From the sequence record NC_070958.1: 64,000 nt of DNA. One strand, given 5' to 3'. Position 1 is the stretch's first letter; each line of letters starts with the position of its first letter. Position numbers and translations under genes: made by a program. The notes below the pieces were generated by a model that was not told the DNA's origin, did no database searches, and worked only from the letters and a program-made list of their open reading frames with translations. Shown here piece after piece: positions 1 to 8,285 of this stretch.

Positions 1-2
1 CA

Positions 3-269
3 GAACGAGAGAACTGTATTCGTGACCTCCTCTCTGTTTACGATGACATCAGGGGGTTCTGGAAACACAAGAAAGGTTTCTATATTGGACATTGCCCAAG
101 CCACCCTAGTGAGTTGCGTGGAAGAAGAATGATCCACGGCCATACCCACACTAAGGTAATACAAGATCAGCGCTTCATCAACGTTGCTATCGATCTTCTC
201 CCTAACGGTCCTGTAAATATGAAGGACTTGGTGTCAGGAGATTACCGTAGTTATCGAGACCCGGTATAA
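3..269 (+). CDS. Metallophosphoesterase (calcineurin-like), C-terminal part; truncated by window start
   Basis: My translation: ...GHCPSHPSELRGRRMIHGHTHTKVIQDQRFINVAID...*; HxPxHP and GHxH motifs typical of phage phosphoesterases; TAA at 267-269. Confidence 0.7.
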   Translation, partial: ERENCIRDLLSVYDDIRGFWKHKKGFYIGHCPSHPSELRGRRMIHGHTHTKVIQDQRFINVAIDLLPNGPVNMKDLVSGDYRSYRDPV

Positions 270-273
270 ACTA

Positions 274-303
274 ATCCATCACTGCCTTAGGGTGGTGATG
301 GGT
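274..303 (+). terminator. Hairpin, probable intrinsic terminator
   Basis: ATCCATCACTGCC-TTAG-GGTGGTGATGGGT, 13 bp with G-U pairs, directly after the stop codon. Confidence 0.6.
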
Positions 304-316
304 TGATCTCCATATC

Positions 317-341
317 TTTTCAAGTAGATATTATCTAAGTG
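317..341 (+). promoter_or_regulatory. Early-promoter-like motif, copy 1
   Basis: TTTT CAAGT AGATATTAT CTAAGTG; matches the 10-copy intergenic consensus; resembles the phiKZ early core TATATTAC. Confidence 0.75.
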
Positions 342-373
342 CATTCATAACCAAAATTGCTAAGGAGCAATAA

Positions 374-847
374 ATGAATCTCTTAAATAAAGCACTCGTC
401 AAAATGTTCATGCTGGCAGGTTGCCGGAGTCGAATCTGTGGGAGGGATCGTCAAGTCTTCATTCTGAAGAAATGTGTAGTGAAGATACCAGTGATGTCCA
501 ATGGCTGGTTTGAATTCGTCCGTGGTTATTATTCCAATCTCAAAGAGATGGATAGTATCCGAGGTTACGAAGGTAATTTCCAAGAACATCTTCCAGAAAT
601 ACTGGGGAGTTATTTATTTGGGTTAGTCGTCGTTTACAAGAAATATCGTGAGATTATGGATGGTAAAGATGACAATGAAACCGGCGACTTTGCCGAGTAC
701 ACTAGGTTCCTAGGTAAACTTGATGACATCCGGAGAAATGAGAAAAACTCAGAAAAATATATCTGGACTCAAGACACCAAGATCTTTAACTTTGCCTGGG
801 ATAAATATGGCCGGGTGGTAGTCATCGATCTGGGTACACCTTATTAA
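374..847 (+). CDS. Minimal protein-kinase-like protein (paralogue 1)
   Basis: VVKIP, N-x-x-E helix, catalytic loop D-T-K-I-F-N (DxKxxN), terminal DLG; SD AAGGAG. Confidence 0.7.
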   Translation: MNLLNKALVKMFMLAGCRSRICGRDRQVFILKKCVVKIPVMSNGWFEFVRGYYSNLKEMDSIRGYEGNFQEHLPEILGSYLFGLVVVYKKYREIMDGKDDNETGDFAEYTRFLGKLDDIRRNEKNSEKYIWTQDTKIFNFAWDKYGRVVVIDLGTPY

Positions 848-857
848 CAAAGAGGGA

Positions 858-1262
858 ATGATTATGTCTGAAGTAAACATGAGTGAACTTATGAAGAAAG
901 TTCATGAGAAAGGAATGAAAGCGTTTGAGGAAATGGACCATAAGGAACGCTGGGCTTTCTGGACCGCAGTCTCCGTCCCACCTCTCCGTTTTGTTCTTCG
1001 TAACGCAATGTCTTGCGAAGATAAGAAGTTGCGGTATGACCATCGTGACATTTCGTTGGTGCTGGGTTACGTATTGGGAATGCACAAGGTCGCTCCCATC
1101 CGTGACCTCATGAACAGCCAATCCATTCGTCTGGCCATTGTTGTTCTCCTGGATGCAATGACTGGGATGAAAGAAATGGATGCAGTCATGGACGACATGG
1201 TCAATATCGCGGCCAAAACGATGAACACCATCGACAACAAGATACTCTACTATTACCAATAG
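858..1262 (+). CDS. Hypothetical protein
   Basis: 134-aa ORF with SD GAGGG, packed between the two kinase genes. Confidence 0.75.
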   Translation: MIMSEVNMSELMKKVHEKGMKAFEEMDHKERWAFWTAVSVPPLRFVLRNAMSCEDKKLRYDHRDISLVLGYVLGMHKVAPIRDLMNSQSIRLAIVVLLDAMTGMKEMDAVMDDMVNIAAKTMNTIDNKILYYYQ

Positions 1263-1270
1263 GCGGGTGT

Positions 1271-1660
1271 ATGAAACCTGAAGTCATTGGAACAACTCGC
1301 CACGTAAGGTTATTCAAACATTTCGTGGTAAAGTTTCCTAGGATGACAACGTGGTTTGAGAAAGGCTTTAATCTAAGAGTCTTTCTCAATAACCTTTATC
1401 TCAATCGTAGAGAGCGCAGGTTGGCAAAGAAGTATAAGGGAGCCGAAGGTATTCCTCATATTTACTTTGCAGACCCATTCGGTTTTGTTGTTATAATGAA
1501 ACGTTACAACACTAATCTGAAGACTGAACAATTCTGCGCACTTTATAATTCACTACTCGACAGGACTGAAATAGATCCTGAATTTTGGGAAGATGATTCG
1601 AGTGTCCCCAACTTCGGTTTAACTGAGGACGGGAAACTTGTTAAAATTGATTTGGGGTAA
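1271..1660 (+). CDS. Minimal protein-kinase-like protein (paralogue 2)
   Basis: VVKFP, NRRE, IPHI, FGFVVIMKRY, D-S-S-V-P-N, ends KIDLG*; aligns by eye with 374..847. Confidence 0.7.
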   Translation: MKPEVIGTTRHVRLFKHFVVKFPRMTTWFEKGFNLRVFLNNLYLNRRERRLAKKYKGAEGIPHIYFADPFGFVVIMKRYNTNLKTEQFCALYNSLLDRTEIDPEFWEDDSSVPNFGLTEDGKLVKIDLG

Positions 1661-1663
1661 CTA

Positions 1664-2020
1664 ATGCAACACTGTACTTTTGATACTGTAGGTGAATTGG
1701 TAGGCGTCTTAAATGGTCTCGGGAAACCAGAAGCCATGGTGGATAGCTTTTATGTCTATGAACGACAGGAAAGAAACTACATTGTGATGGAACGAACCGA
1801 GGAAGGGGAAACTTCTTTCAACTTTGCTCCAGTCCGTCACAATCACCCTTATCAAGGTTATGACGATATCGTAATCTCGTCCTCACTCACCGTAGGTAAG
1901 TTTATCGAGATGCTAGAAACCTTCCCACTGGATACACACATCAAGTACATCCGGTTGAAAGGTGCCGACAACATGGTGGCAATGAACGTTGAAGAAGACG
2001 GCATTGTGATTCACGATTAA
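1664..2020 (+). CDS. Hypothetical protein with internal duplication
   Basis: TVGELVGVLNGLG and TVGKFIEMLETFP repeats; operon packing. Confidence 0.7.
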   Translation: MQHCTFDTVGELVGVLNGLGKPEAMVDSFYVYERQERNYIVMERTEEGETSFNFAPVRHNHPYQGYDDIVISSSLTVGKFIEMLETFPLDTHIKYIRLKGADNMVAMNVEEDGIVIHD

Positions 2021-2030
2021 GGAGATTGTC

Positions 2031-2411
2031 ATGAACAATAAACATTACTACATTCCTGGGTCCAACGCCTTAGGGGCATTTGCCCAGGCATTGGAAAATC
2101 GCCTCATTGCTCAATTGGGTCAAAATCCAATGGGGTGCGTCAATTATCCACCAACAAAGAAGGTTCTGAGTCTGGGTGCTTATTCTTCCCCGGGACTCAG
2201 CGCAATGTCGTCCAAGGATGACATTATGTTCAGGGTGGAAGAAGAGAATGGGTACGATCTCGTATCCAGATACATGGAAACCATGGATCCGAATTGGGAA
2301 GGTGAACCTTATATTCCTCCCTCCACCAGGACTCCCCGTGATCTCCTGGAAATGAAAACCCACGGGGCTTTGAAACGTAGCTTCCAACCCCCTAAACGTA
2401 CCAAGTACTAA
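2031..2411 (+). CDS. Hypothetical protein
   Basis: SD AAGGAG, operon packing. Confidence 0.75.
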   Translation: MNNKHYYIPGSNALGAFAQALENRLIAQLGQNPMGCVNYPPTKKVLSLGAYSSPGLSAMSSKDDIMFRVEEENGYDLVSRYMETMDPNWEGEPYIPPSTRTPRDLLEMKTHGALKRSFQPPKRTKY

Positions 2412-2440
2412 TCCGCCTCGATAATAATAAAGGAAATGAA

Positions 2441-2803
2441 ATGTTTGACTTTTCTGGTGTAAAGAAGAAGTTCCGTAAGAGTTTGAAGAAGCGTTACGGT
2501 ACTATTGTCCCGATGGTTGTTGGCGGTGACAAACAGATCTACAACTTCCTGAGTATGTTCGCCGGCCCGCAACATTTCCGACGTGTTAAGTTCCAGTGGA
2601 GACACGAACGGGCACCGTTCTGTTTCCGACCAGTACTCGACGGATACCAGTGCGTCAAAACAGGTTTGATCATCCAGGCTGACAATGTGTTAGCGATGAC
2701 CAACCAATTTGAAACAATGGCGAAGACTGCCAAGGAAGAAGGGAAACTCGAAGAGTTGACCAAACGCCGTGTCAGCTACGAGCTCAATCACAAACGTTTT
2801 TAA
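2441..2803 (+). CDS. Hypothetical protein
   Basis: SD AAGGA, operon packing. Confidence 0.75.
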   Translation: MFDFSGVKKKFRKSLKKRYGTIVPMVVGGDKQIYNFLSMFAGPQHFRRVKFQWRHERAPFCFRPVLDGYQCVKTGLIIQADNVLAMTNQFETMAKTAKEEGKLEELTKRRVSYELNHKRF

Positions 2804-2813
2804 TAGGAATAAC

Positions 2814-3233
2814 ATGAACGCCTATCTCAAGACTTGCATCAACGACGTTAAGTTTTCGATGCTGTTAAAACGCAGACTTACCTGGCACTGGATAATGATT
2901 AACATCGTCATACCGGTGCGGTGTTATTTCAGAGCCAGGGAAATTGTCTATGTCGACATGGGCGTATGGTTTACCTATAAAGGAGTAACCATGTGTCCGG
3001 TAGAATGGAAACTCCAGCCCAAATGGTTCCCGTGGCCGTTGGGTCCTTCCCACAAAGGTTATCGGGTTCATGGTTACAACAAACCTTTTGAACTCACTAG
3101 CGAAGTAGAAGTCATGTTGTATTGCGAACAGCTCGCATACCACAACAGTCGTTTACTTAAATCGGCCAATACGCTCACCAAGAAGCTTGATGAGATGGTG
3201 GCTAACATGGAAAAACAACTTCTCGAAGGTTAA
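2814..3233 (+). CDS. Hypothetical protein (start moved to ATG 2814)
   Basis: SD AGGA upstream of in-frame ATG 2814; avoids overlap with the previous gene. Confidence 0.7.
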   Translation: MNAYLKTCINDVKFSMLLKRRLTWHWIMINIVIPVRCYFRAREIVYVDMGVWFTYKGVTMCPVEWKLQPKWFPWPLGPSHKGYRVHGYNKPFELTSEVEVMLYCEQLAYHNSRLLKSANTLTKKLDEMVANMEKQLLEG

Positions 3234-3234
3234 C

Positions 3235-4617
3235 ATGACCGACGAACAATATATCAATGAAGAGGTAAGTGAAATGAACCAGCATGATAACACGTTCCAG
3301 GTTGGACTCCGCCGCCTTCAAATCGCCATTTCCGGTGGTTGGGGTGAAAAGGAGCGTCAGATTGCCAAGGCGGCAACAGAGCTCTATATGAAGAACAAGC
3401 GTGAGTTCCTGCTCTGCAAAGACCCTGTTGCGTTAGCAGGAATGATGGGTAATACTGAGCGTTACCCTGAACTCGAGGGACTCCTGGAAACAGGGACTAT
3501 CGCAACCAATGCAATCCTTCACGCATTTGTATCCACCACTCAATTCAACTACAAGTATGATGAGTGGGCCGGCGATACCATGGGTTACTGGGGTGTCAAT
3601 CCCGGTACCATCAAGAACAAGTTTGAACACTGGTACCTGGAACTCATTCGTCAGCTGATGACCGAGACCTCCAAGGATGACCGCACTGGAACAGGGACTC
3701 GTTCCCTGACCACCGCCGTGTACAAACACGATCTTCGTGAATCGTTCCCTCTGCTCCGTAGCCGATTCCTGAAACCGGAGAACCCTGGTAAGGAATACAT
3801 CTGGATGCTTTCCGGTTCCAACAACGAAAAGGAACTGGCTGCAATGGGTGTTCCCTTCTGGAGCGAGTTTGCCGATGAGACCGGTGATCTGGGTCCTGTG
3901 TACGGTTACCTGTGGCGCTACTGGCCTAATGGTGATGGTACTACCACCGACCAAATCGAATACGTTCTGGAGACTCTCCGCAAGTCCCCTGAAAGTCGAC
4001 GTGCTGTGGTCAGTTGTTGGCACCCTGGGTTGATCCCCGATAGCAAGACTCCGCCCAAGGAAAACTACAAGGTAGGGAAACAAGCACTGACTCCGTGTCA
4101 CTATGCTTTCCAATTCCTGGCAAGTCCCATCGGGTTCTGTGAGCGTCTGGCGTGGGCTAAACAACACAAGCCCGAACAGATCGCATTCCTGTATCCCGTG
4201 ACCGGGTCTGACTGGACCGAAAGGACGGAAGAAGCAATGAATCGGATTGGAGTACCCAAGTACTACCTGGACCTCCAATTCAACATGCGGAGTTCTGATA
4301 CTGTTCTGGGTCTTCCGGCAAACTTCAACTTCTACGGCCACATGTGTCACGCATTCGCCAAAGAGTTGAACATGGTTCCTCGTTTCCTGTCCTACACCGG
4401 GACTGACGTCCATTTGTACGTCAACCATATCAAGGGTATGAAGGAAGTCTTTGATTGGGTGAAACAAAACAAAGAGAAAGTCTTTGACGAAGTATCCCAA
4501 ATCAAAATCGTGGGCGAGTTCGAAAACCTGTACGACATGAAGCCTGAAAACTTCGAGTACATCAACTACAGCCGTGAGCTGGTCGGTCCGGCCAAACGCT
4601 TCCCGGTTGCTGTTTAA
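3235..4617 (+). CDS. thyA: Thymidylate synthase (ThyA type) with about 129-aa N-terminal extension
   Basis: DRTGTGT, DLRESFPLL, DLGPVYGYLW, catalytic ALTPCH, MRSSD..LGLPAN, HLYVNH; start refined to ATG 3235 (ATG 3274 possible). Confidence 0.95.
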   Translation: MTDEQYINEEVSEMNQHDNTFQVGLRRLQIAISGGWGEKERQIAKAATELYMKNKREFLLCKDPVALAGMMGNTERYPELEGLLETGTIATNAILHAFVSTTQFNYKYDEWAGDTMGYWGVNPGTIKNKFEHWYLELIRQLMTETSKDDRTGTGTRSLTTAVYKHDLRESFPLLRSRFLKPENPGKEYIWMLSGSNNEKELAAMGVPFWSEFADETGDLGPVYGYLWRYWPNGDGTTTDQIEYVLETLRKSPESRRAVVSCWHPGLIPDSKTPPKENYKVGKQALTPCHYAFQFLASPIGFCERLAWAKQHKPEQIAFLYPVTGSDWTERTEEAMNRIGVPKYYLDLQFNMRSSDTVLGLPANFNFYGHMCHAFAKELNMVPRFLSYTGTDVHLYVNHIKGMKEVFDWVKQNKEKVFDEVSQIKIVGEFENLYDMKPENFEYINYSRELVGPAKRFPVAV

Positions 4618-4634
4618 CATTTATCTTTAACAAT

Positions 4635-4664
4635 GGTTGAACTAGGGAGATCCCTAGTTCAACC
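4635..4664. terminator. Perfect hairpin after thyA
   Basis: GGTTGAACTAGGG-AGAT-CCCTAGTTCAACC, 13 bp; weak U-tract. Confidence 0.55.
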
Positions 4665-4681
4665 TATATTTGGAGAATAAC

Positions 4682-5683
4682 ATGAAACTTTTAGTCGCAG
4701 CGCTCTTCGGTATTTCCCTGGGTAGTTCCAACATTGACACTGTGAAGTCGTTCAGTCCGGATAAGAACCAACGTTGGAACATGGAACAAGTCACCGAGGG
4801 TATGAACCACTGCTCAGAGAAATTGTGGGAGGAGACTACCACTGGTAACAATGTGGAAGTCGTCTTTACCTGTAAAGTCGACCCGCGCATCATCCAGTCC
4901 GTCAACGATGTGATGTCTGCTCGACTCAAGAAAGACGCAATCCGGGTTGAGAAAGAAGCCACTAGTCAAGCTCAGCGAGTGACTGATAAAGTTGAAGAAC
5001 TGATGGCTCAACTGAATGAGCACAATCCCGAAGAGGATGTTGCTTTGTTCGACAAGTGGGCTCCCAAAGCCGTGGCGTTGCTGGAGAACCATCCTAACGA
5101 GTTGATCTACTTCCGCAACAACATCAATGGCGACGTTCAACATTACGACGCTGAAACAATTGCCAAGTATCCTGAGTACAAATTCCTCAATGACGTCGCT
5201 GATATCAATGAGGGCTCCAAGGGTGTTGTCCATGTGGGTAGTATCTACCAAAGTTATCTGGTTTATCAGAATTATGATCGCGTGCTGAAAGAACTTCGTC
5301 CAGAAGGAATGAGCGGTGTCAATGACTATATCAAAACTCTGGAGGACGACGCGAATCAAATAGCTGACCGTCTTAACACCGCACGTAACTTTGACCAGGA
5401 TCCGGCGACCAAACTGGAAGGAATGACTTATGAGTATCGTTTCTTGGTGATCGATAATAAAGTTCAACTCCTTCGTTTGTTCGTTGGTGCTCAAACTGGA
5501 TTGGGTCAGTATCGTGTTTACGATAAAACACCTGGGCTCTCTGATGAAATGATGAGTAGCCTTCAAATGGGCCTGCTTAGCCCCAACAACGTTCCTGGTG
5601 ACGTTGAGTTCTTTGGTACCTATCGTGCTGTCATCAAACACTTCCGCGGTGGTACTGCGTTGAAGGATTGGACAACTAAATAA
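4682..5683 (+). CDS. Hypothetical protein, possible N-terminal export signal
   Basis: SD GGAG before ATG 4682; MKLLVAALFGISLG hydrophobic start. Confidence 0.75.
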   Translation: MKLLVAALFGISLGSSNIDTVKSFSPDKNQRWNMEQVTEGMNHCSEKLWEETTTGNNVEVVFTCKVDPRIIQSVNDVMSARLKKDAIRVEKEATSQAQRVTDKVEELMAQLNEHNPEEDVALFDKWAPKAVALLENHPNELIYFRNNINGDVQHYDAETIAKYPEYKFLNDVADINEGSKGVVHVGSIYQSYLVYQNYDRVLKELRPEGMSGVNDYIKTLEDDANQIADRLNTARNFDQDPATKLEGMTYEYRFLVIDNKVQLLRLFVGAQTGLGQYRVYDKTPGLSDEMMSSLQMGLLSPNNVPGDVEFFGTYRAVIKHFRGGTALKDWTTK

Positions 5684-5684
5684 A

Positions 5685-6026
5685 GTGAGAGGGTACGTCC
5701 CTCTCTTTGGGGGGACTATGCAATTCGTATTAGGCCATTTAGTGTTAAATGGCTCTGTGTTAGTAGGTTACTATCTGATCTTTGTTTTGATCAGTCAAGT
5801 ATTCAGGGACGATTATCGTCGTTACCAAGTCAGAAGGATATGCAGGATAATTCTGCTATCTTATTTCTCTTGGTATACCTGGGGCTTAGAAAGTCTGGCA
5901 ATCGCTAATGACGCACTCGTGCATGTCAGAATGACCGCCCTCATCATCGCCATCTGTGCTTTACAAAATGCAGTTGGTTGTTTAATCGCTAAAGAAGAAA
6001 GGAAAGCTAGTTATGATTACCGCTGA
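5685..6026 (+). CDS. Small membrane protein
   Basis: About three hydrophobic segments; start GTG 5685 or ATG 5718. Confidence 0.65.
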   Translation: MRGYVPLFGGTMQFVLGHLVLNGSVLVGYYLIFVLISQVFRDDYRRYQVRRICRIILLSYFSWYTWGLESLAIANDALVHVRMTALIIAICALQNAVGCLIAKEERKASYDYR

Positions 6027-6294
6027 ATTGATCCTCGGAATCTTGTTTGTTTACATCACATCTATGTTTGGTTCCATGTTGGTTAAGCCAGGAGCTGACG
6101 GAAAAGTGATCCGTAGTACTATCACCGTCATCGCCTTCATCATCCTGGGGATCCTAATCTGTTCTGTTAACCATCGGAACAGTTGGTTATATCTTGCGTT
6201 TACAAGATCAGTTGGCGGGATACTGTTAGCTCTCGCAGCAGCTCACGTTGTAATGATCGTAGATATTCACCGCAAAACCAATCATAAGAAATAA
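6013..6294 (+). CDS. Small membrane protein (3 TM)
   Basis: Three hydrophobic segments, basic C-terminus. Confidence 0.7.
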   Translation: MITAELILGILFVYITSMFGSMLVKPGADGKVIRSTITVIAFIILGILICSVNHRNSWLYLAFTRSVGGILLALAAAHVVMIVDIHRKTNHKK

Positions 6295-6304
6295 GGAGGT
6301 CGTC

Positions 6305-6703
6305 ATGACTGTTAAAATTGACGCACTGAACATATTCGACACTAACGATATTTTCTCGCTGGTGTTTGAATCGCGTAACCGTGAGATTGAAGACGGAACC
6401 ATTTTGAAAAGTGATGTTGCTGGCGTTAAAACCACACTCCATCTGTTTGATCAAAAAGGTTCTCTGATCATTGAAGGTTCAATTGGCCACTCCACCATAC
6501 TCATTGCCCATGTTAACAACAAGTGGCTGATGTATATGAACAAGGATACCAATACCTTGCCGGCGGGTGCCTTGCGTAAACAACGCATCCAGTATTTCAA
6601 CACCGTAATGAAGAACCCAGCGACAACTGGTACTTCTTGCGAAACCGACGACTGGGATTCCTTCGCAGGAACCATCTGTCGTTTTATTAAGGACGCGCGA
6701 TGA
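6305..6703 (+). CDS. Hypothetical beta-rich protein
   Basis: SD AAGGAGG. Confidence 0.8.
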   Translation: MTVKIDALNIFDTNDIFSLVFESRNREIEDGTILKSDVAGVKTTLHLFDQKGSLIIEGSIGHSTILIAHVNNKWLMYMNKDTNTLPAGALRKQRIQYFNTVMKNPATTGTSCETDDWDSFAGTICRFIKDAR

Positions 6704-6915
6704 CCGGATATGAGGGGATGTTCTTTGTCCTTCTCATGCTAATCCCTATGACGATTATTTCGATTGGATTGGGGATGCGTGATCAGGACGTGACCAAAAC
6801 AAGTATGAAGAACTTCAAGATCAAACTTAACCACTTCTGTGGGTTCATCACAATAGCTGGTGCGTTGGCTTATGGGTTCTTCCTATTCTTTCTGAAACAA
6901 GGTATAGCATGGTAG
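6700..6915 (+). CDS. Small membrane protein (2 TM)
   Basis: ATGA overlap with upstream stop; two hydrophobic segments. Confidence 0.7.
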   Translation: MTGYEGMFFVLLMLIPMTIISIGLGMRDQDVTKTSMKNFKIKLNHFCGFITIAGALAYGFFLFFLKQGIAW

Positions 6916-7130
6916 ATTTCTTTAAGCAGTTTTACGGTGAGGTGATCAACACCTGGTACGTCTTTTTGCTGATCCCGTTCGTGAGTGGTCCCGTGATCAC
7001 TTTCTTGACGTGGTTGAAGACCCGCAAGGATGTGAACCGTGAAACCTGGATAAGGATCTACATGAACGAGGTGGCGTCAGAGTACGCCATCTACGTTATT
7101 ATCGTGGGTCTGGTTTTGTATTTTAAATAA
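6909..7130 (+). CDS. Small membrane protein (2 TM)
   Basis: Two hydrophobic segments; overlapping start. Confidence 0.7.
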   Translation: MVDFFKQFYGEVINTWYVFLLIPFVSGPVITFLTWLKTRKDVNRETWIRIYMNEVASEYAIYVIIVGLVLYFK

Positions 7131-7139
7131 GGAAGGAAC

Positions 7140-8285
7140 ATGCATTTCTCTAAACCTCGTTTGGTAGTTGGTTTCGATATGGATGACACCATGTGTCAAA
7201 CCGGCGAATACATCAAACAAGCCATCCGGCATTTCGCCCTCAAAACCAACAACAAAGACTTGTTGGACTACCTGGATCGGACAGTAGAACTTTCCACTAT
7301 GCACTACGAACCCTGGGTCAAAGACCTGGTTTGGTCCGAAGTGGTTAGTAATGGTCGCTTCATGCTCGACGCTCTCCCCACTGACATCTGTGAGAATGGT
7401 GGGTTGGTAGATCGTGTCTCCCTTTTCCGTGACGAAGAGTGCAAACACGGTGAAGTCGCACTTGTAATCTGTACTCACCGCGGGTTCCATGAACAAGGTA
7501 AACTGTTCACCGAGACCTGGCTCAAGGATAGGGGACTGGATTGGGTCTTTGATGAGATTCACTGTATCTCCCCCGAGGAACACAAGGATAAGATCAAGTA
7601 TCTGAAAGAGCAATATCCTGGTTCCCACATCCTGCTGATCGACGACAACCCGATGGGTGAGTCCGCACCTCACACCCCTGCCATGGACGAGCTTATCATC
7701 TACGATAAGTACACCAAGTTCCAGGCGTATAAAGATCAGGTTACCTACCAATCTGACAATCAAGTTATCGAGATCATGCGTGATCGCTTGAAAAAGCAAA
7801 CCCCGCTGACTATCGAGATGTATGACAGTGACAAAAAGATCGAAGCCAAGCACTACCTGAATGTTGGGCAAATGGTTCGTCAACTCCTGGTTGTTGAACA
7901 TCAATACGCCAAGTCTCTTTATGAGACGTCCGGTCTGATCGATCCGAGCACTTCAATCAACGATCTCGTTGAGTACATCTCTGGATACGATAGCTCCGCT
8001 GTCAAATCGTTTATTCTGTTTGCTGATGGTGAACCGGTCGGATACACCCGAGCTTTCAATGATGGTGATCCGGCACACTGGAACCTCTGTGCCTTCGTCA
8101 TTGACGAAGCTGTTCGAGGGAAAGGTTTCGGTAAACAGTTCGTTCGTCTGGTAGAAAACAAACTCAAGGCCAATGGCGCCGAAGAGATTGTCCTGGATCA
8201 CAAATACGATAACGACCAAAGCGCTGCCTTCTGGCAAAAACTTGGTTATATCCCGCACACTGTTGTTTGCTCGAGGAAACTGTAA
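7140..8285 (+). CDS. HAD-superfamily (5'(3')-deoxyribonucleotidase-like) phosphatase fused to a C-terminal GNAT acetyltransferase
   Basis: HAD motifs FDMDDT, ICTHRG, K, LIDDNP; GNAT acetyl-CoA motif VRGKGFG and N..SAAFWQKLGY. Confidence 0.8.
   Translation: MHFSKPRLVVGFDMDDTMCQTGEYIKQAIRHFALKTNNKDLLDYLDRTVELSTMHYEPWVKDLVWSEVVSNGRFMLDALPTDICENGGLVDRVSLFRDEECKHGEVALVICTHRGFHEQGKLFTETWLKDRGLDWVFDEIHCISPEEHKDKIKYLKEQYPGSHILLIDDNPMGESAPHTPAMDELIIYDKYTKFQAYKDQVTYQSDNQVIEIMRDRLKKQTPLTIEMYDSDKKIEAKHYLNVGQMVRQLLVVEHQYAKSLYETSGLIDPSTSINDLVEYISGYDSSAVKSFILFADGEPVGYTRAFNDGDPAHWNLCAFVIDEAVRGKGFGKQFVRLVENKLKANGAEEIVLDHKYDNDQSAAFWQKLGYIPHTVVCSRKL

Noticed and set aside
3235-4617. ThyA homologue acting as a dCMP hydroxymethylase for modified DNA
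   Set aside because: The specificity residue is Asn (LGLPAN), as in dUMP-methylating enzymes; a neighbouring DHFR fits true thymidylate synthesis; no base-modification cluster nearby
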